Made by a program: the position numbers and the translations under genes. A stretch of 27,715 bases of DNA from an uncultured Bacteroidales bacterium (GTDB lineage Bacteria > Bacteroidota > Bacteroidia > Bacteroidales > JAGODS01): positions 1 to 27,715 of the forward strand of contig CAZMDE010000004.1 of NCBI GenBank assembly GCA_964564355.1. The letters run 5' to 3'. Numbering within the stretch: the first letter of the stretch is position 1; each line of letters starts with the position of its first letter. Of this stretch, positions 24,573-27,715 are shown piece after piece. The notes under the pieces were generated by a model that was given only the letters and a program-made list of their open reading frames with translations, ran no database searches and was not told where the DNA came from.

Positions 24573-27449
24573 ATGATGGAAGAGGATGACATAGGGATAG
24601 GAGGAGAGGTGCAAAAGAGCATATCTCTGACCGGTATGTATAAAGACTGGTTTCTTGACTATGCTTCTTATGTTATACTTGAGCGTGCAGTACCTGATTT
24701 AAAGGATGGGCTTAAACCTGTTCAGAGACGCATTCTTCATTCAATGAAGGAGCTTGATGACGGGAGGTACAATAAAGTTGCTAATATCATTGGCCATACT
24801 ATGAAGTACCATCCTCATGGTGATGCTTCAATAGGAGATGCTCTTGTTCAGCTTGGTCAGAAAGACCTCCTGATAGATTGCCAGGGAAATTGGGGAAATA
24901 TATATACCGGCGACAGTGCCGCTGCATCAAGATATATAGAGGCAAGGTTATCTAAATTTGCGAATGATGTTGTTTTTAATCCAAAGACTACAAAATGGCA
25001 ATTGTCATATGACGGCAGGAATAAAGAACCTATTACACTTCCAGTCAAATTTCCACTTTTGCTGGCTCAGGGAGTAGAGGGTATAGCTGTAGGTCTTGCT
25101 TCCAAAATTCTTCCACATAATTTCAACGAGCTTATTGATGCTTCTATCAACTGTCTTAAAGGTGTAGAAACAGAAATTTATCCTGATTTCATTACCGGAG
25201 GCATGATAGATGTTGCAAGATATAATGATGGACTCAGAGGCGGGAAAATAAGAATCAGGGCAAAAATTTCCCAGTTTGATAAAAAGACATTAGTCATAAA
25301 TGATTTACCTTTTGGCACTACAACAACGCAACTTATAGATTCAGTTTTAACAGCCAATGAAAAAGGGAAAATCAAAATACGAAAGATTGAAGATAATACT
25401 TCAGAAAACGTAGAAATATTAATCCACCTTATCCCAGGAGTTTCACCTGACCTCACAATAGATGCTCTTTATGCTTTCACTGACTGCGAAATTTCTATTT
25501 CTCCCAACTCATGCGTTATTGATAATAATAAGCCAGTGTTTCTCGGAGTAAAGGAATTGCTTAAGATTTCTACCAATAACACAATTGACCTGTTGCAGAA
25601 AGAACTTGAGATAAGAAAGGCTGAGCTTGAAGAAGCCTGGCATTTCGCTTCGCTTGAAAAGATATTTATTGAAAAAAGAATATACCGCAAGATTGAGGAA
25701 TCCGAAACATGGGAAAACGTTATTGAAACTATAGATAAAGGTTTGAAACCTTATAAAAAGCTATTCAAACGTGAAATCACAAGGGATGATATTATAAGGC
25801 TAACTGAAATTAAGATTAAACGTATTTCAAAATTCGACTCTTTTAAAGCTGATGATATTATTAAAGACATTGAAATAAATATTGACGAAGCTGTTAATAA
25901 CCTTGAACACCTTGTTGATTATGCAATTTATTATTACAAACAGATAAAGAAAAAATACGGACAGGGAAGAGAAAGGAAAACAGAAATAAGGAATTTTGAT
26001 ACTATAGAAGCTACATTGGTGGCTCATGCAAATGAAAAATTATACTTTAATCTTGAGGAAGGTTTTGCAGGAACAGGTCTGAAGAAAGACCAGTATATTT
26101 GCGATTGTTCCGATATAGATGACATAATTGCATTCAGGAGTGATGGCACTTTCATTGTTACTAAAGTTGCAGATAAAGTATTTGTAGGAAAGGATATAGT
26201 TCACATATCTGTTTTCAAGCGTAATGACAACCGGACTATATACAACATGATATATCAGGATGGTTTGCGGGGCAATGCAATGGTTAAGAGATTCGCAGTT
26301 GACAGCGTTATAAGAGATAAGGAATATGTCCTGACAAAAGGCACGAATGATTCCAAAATACTCTATTTCACTGCTAATCCAAATGGTGAAGCAGAATTGA
26401 TTACTGTCTTTCTTGTTCCCAAACCCAAGCTAAGGAAGCTGCTCTTTGACTTTGATTTCAGCTCTATTGTGGTGAAAGGCAGGAACTCAATTGGTAATAT
26501 CCTTACAAAATACAGAGTAAGAAAAATTGCTTTAAAAGGTGAGGGTGTTTCAACTCTAAGCGCAAGGAAAATTTGGTTCGATGACACTGTGATTCGTTTG
26601 AATGCAGAGGAAAGAGGCAAGTACCTCGGAGAGTTTTCCGGTGATGAGAAGATTATTTCAATCATGCAATCCGGCAATTACAGGCTAACAGGCTTTGACC
26701 TTACTACCCACTTTGACGAAGACCTGATTTTTATAGCGAAGAGCGAAGAGCGAAGAGCGAAGACTGAAGAGCTTCCAAATGGAGACAATCAACAGACAAC
26801 TATCAACGATCAACAAATTTATACTGCTGTCTATGTTGATGGTGAGACAGGGCAATATTATTTGAAGCGTTTTAATATTGAGCCTTCAGATAAAAAGATT
26901 TGCTTCATAAGCGAACATCCGGAATCTAAGCTTGTTTTGATTACTAAAAATCCAGATCCAAAAATCAAAATAGAATTTAAGAAAATTAAAAATATACAAA
27001 GACCTGATGAGATTGTAATATGTGCAGATTTTATCAGTGTTAAAGGCTATAAAGCTAAAGGAAAACGCCTCACAACTCATGAAGTTGCAAAAATCACCCT
27101 GATAGAAGATGCATTAGTAGATAGCGAAAAGCGAGAAGCAAAGAGCGATGAGAAGGAGTTAAAGATTGAGGAGAAAAATACTGTTGAAGAAAAGATACCT
27201 TATAAAGAAAAAGCTATTCCGGGAAAACCAAAGAAGAATAAGGATTTAGTATCTACAGATAAACCAAAAGTCAAAACTCAAAAATTAGTTGAAGAAATTC
27301 CTGAAGAAAAGATTAAGCCTGCAAAAACAAAACAATCTCAGACAAATCCTGCTGAAGAAAAATCAGTTAAATCTAAAAAACCAGAACAAAAGCCTGACAA
27401 AAAAAAGAAGCCAGATAATGATAGCGATATCCAGATGAAACTGTTCTGA
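24573..27449 (+). CDS. parC: DNA topoisomerase IV subunit A (Bacteroidota-type gyrase/topo IV A subunit)
   Basis: ERAVPDLKDGLKPVQRRILH, YHPHGDASI, catalytic AASRYIEARL; divergent C-terminal domain and K/E-rich tail point to ParC rather than GyrA. Confidence 0.88.
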   Translation: MMEEDDIGIGGEVQKSISLTGMYKDWFLDYASYVILERAVPDLKDGLKPVQRRILHSMKELDDGRYNKVANIIGHTMKYHPHGDASIGDALVQLGQKDLLIDCQGNWGNIYTGDSAAASRYIEARLSKFANDVVFNPKTTKWQLSYDGRNKEPITLPVKFPLLLAQGVEGIAVGLASKILPHNFNELIDASINCLKGVETEIYPDFITGGMIDVARYNDGLRGGKIRIRAKISQFDKKTLVINDLPFGTTTTQLIDSVLTANEKGKIKIRKIEDNTSENVEILIHLIPGVSPDLTIDALYAFTDCEISISPNSCVIDNNKPVFLGVKELLKISTNNTIDLLQKELEIRKAELEEAWHFASLEKIFIEKRIYRKIEESETWENVIETIDKGLKPYKKLFKREITRDDIIRLTEIKIKRISKFDSFKADDIIKDIEINIDEAVNNLEHLVDYAIYYYKQIKKKYGQGRERKTEIRNFDTIEATLVAHANEKLYFNLEEGFAGTGLKKDQYICDCSDIDDIIAFRSDGTFIVTKVADKVFVGKDIVHISVFKRNDNRTIYNMIYQDGLRGNAMVKRFAVDSVIRDKEYVLTKGTNDSKILYFTANPNGEAELITVFLVPKPKLRKLLFDFDFSSIVVKGRNSIGNILTKYRVRKIALKGEGVSTLSARKIWFDDTVIRLNAEERGKYLGEFSGDEKIISIMQSGNYRLTGFDLTTHFDEDLIFIAKSEERRAKTEELPNGDNQQTTINDQQIYTAVYVDGETGQYYLKRFNIEPSDKKICFISEHPESKLVLITKNPDPKIKIEFKKIKNIQRPDEIVICADFISVKGYKAKGKRLTTHEVAKITLIEDALVDSEKREAKSDEKELKIEEKNTVEEKIPYKEKAIPGKPKKNKDLVSTDKPKVKTQKLVEEIPEEKIKPAKTKQSQTNPAEEKSVKSKKPEQKPDKKKKPDNDSDIQMKLF
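26735..26814 (+). repeat. Two adjacent in-frame heptamer tracts inside parC
   Basis: (agcgaag)4-actgaag (26735-26769) and aatcaac-agacaac-tatcaac-gatcaac (26787-26814); encode AKSEERRAKTEE and NQQTTINDQQ. Confidence 0.93.
27123..27150 (+). repeat. Degenerate AGCGAAG-family tract at the start of the parC tail
   Basis: agcgaaa-agcgaga-agcaaag-agcgatg; encodes SEKREAKSD. Confidence 0.7.
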
Positions 27450-27453
27450 TGTT

Positions 27454-27488
27454 AAGACATGATATATTAAAAAAAAATGTCATGTCTT
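27454..27488. terminator. Hairpin between convergent genes, possible terminator
   Basis: aagacatgatat ... atgtcatgtctt, 11/12 inverted match; T-tracts are weak. Confidence 0.5.
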
Positions 27489-27496
27489 TATGGTCA

Positions 27497-27715
27497 TTAA
27501 TTCTTAATAAACTTCTTATTATAAACCTTATTCCCTTCAGTAATAGTAATAAAATACATTCCGCTGCTTAAGTCACTTAATGATATTTTATTCAGTGTTG
27601 AATTCAGCCTGCCTTCAGTGATCAGCTTACCCATTACATTAAATATCCTGTAATGCCTTTCTAAATGATTATCGGATAATTCTATATATAGCTTGTCTTT
27701 AGCTGGATTTGGGAA
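27497..27715 (-). CDS. 3' end of a T9SS type A sorting domain protein (partial, continues beyond the window)
   Basis: FPNPAKDKLYIEL...IFNVMGKLI...ISLSDLSSGMYFITI...KKFIKN*; not in the ORF track. Confidence 0.88.
   Translation of the reverse strand, partial: FPNPAKDKLYIELSDNHLERHYRIFNVMGKLITEGRLNSTLNKISLSDLSSGMYFITITEGNKVYNKKFIKN

Noticed and set aside
24808-24837. Acquired quinolone-resistance change (HPHGDASI, Ala at the Ser80-equivalent position)
   Set aside because: As far as I know GDASI is the normal sequence of this Bacteroidota subfamily, not an acquired mutation.
733-26814. In-frame tracts as sequencing or assembly artefacts
   Set aside because: All preserve the reading frame, several carry mismatches (two removing stops in uppS) and unit families recur at distant sites; read-level confirmation is still advisable.
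286-27080. Remaining short ORF-track entries overlapping larger genes
   Set aside because: All lie within or antisense to motif-supported CDSs and show no independent features.

Overview
Low-GC Bacteroidota-type chromosomal window (T9SS-secreted proteins, TAnnTTTG promoter motifs, AT-rich start regions). Core genes are uppS-bamA-skp, an ABC-2 transporter pair, an ArsR regulator, ade, a stand-alone LytTR, a class III aminotransferase, a type I phosphomannose isomerase, aroB, mtaB and parC. Surface genes are two lipoproteins, a FISUMP/FN3 lipoprotein, a 10x FN3-like T9SS protein, a BNR beta-propeller T9SS protein, another T9SS protein and a partial one at the right edge. I saw no rRNA, tRNA, CRISPR array, transposase or reverse transcriptase. 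The most unusual signal is about 20 short tandem tracts with a period of 7 or 8(-9) nt and differing unit sequences. They abut stop and start codons and also sit in frame inside uppS, bamA, ade and parC. In uppS the repeat mismatches fall exactly where stop codons would arise. A 173-bp MITE-like element and a REP-like 37-bp repeat are each embedded in such tracts. Also found: an unlisted 47-aa lipoprotein gene, a clamp-binding-like motif at the ParC C-terminus, and likely leaderless transcripts. All calls come from reading motifs by eye; no database searches were run.
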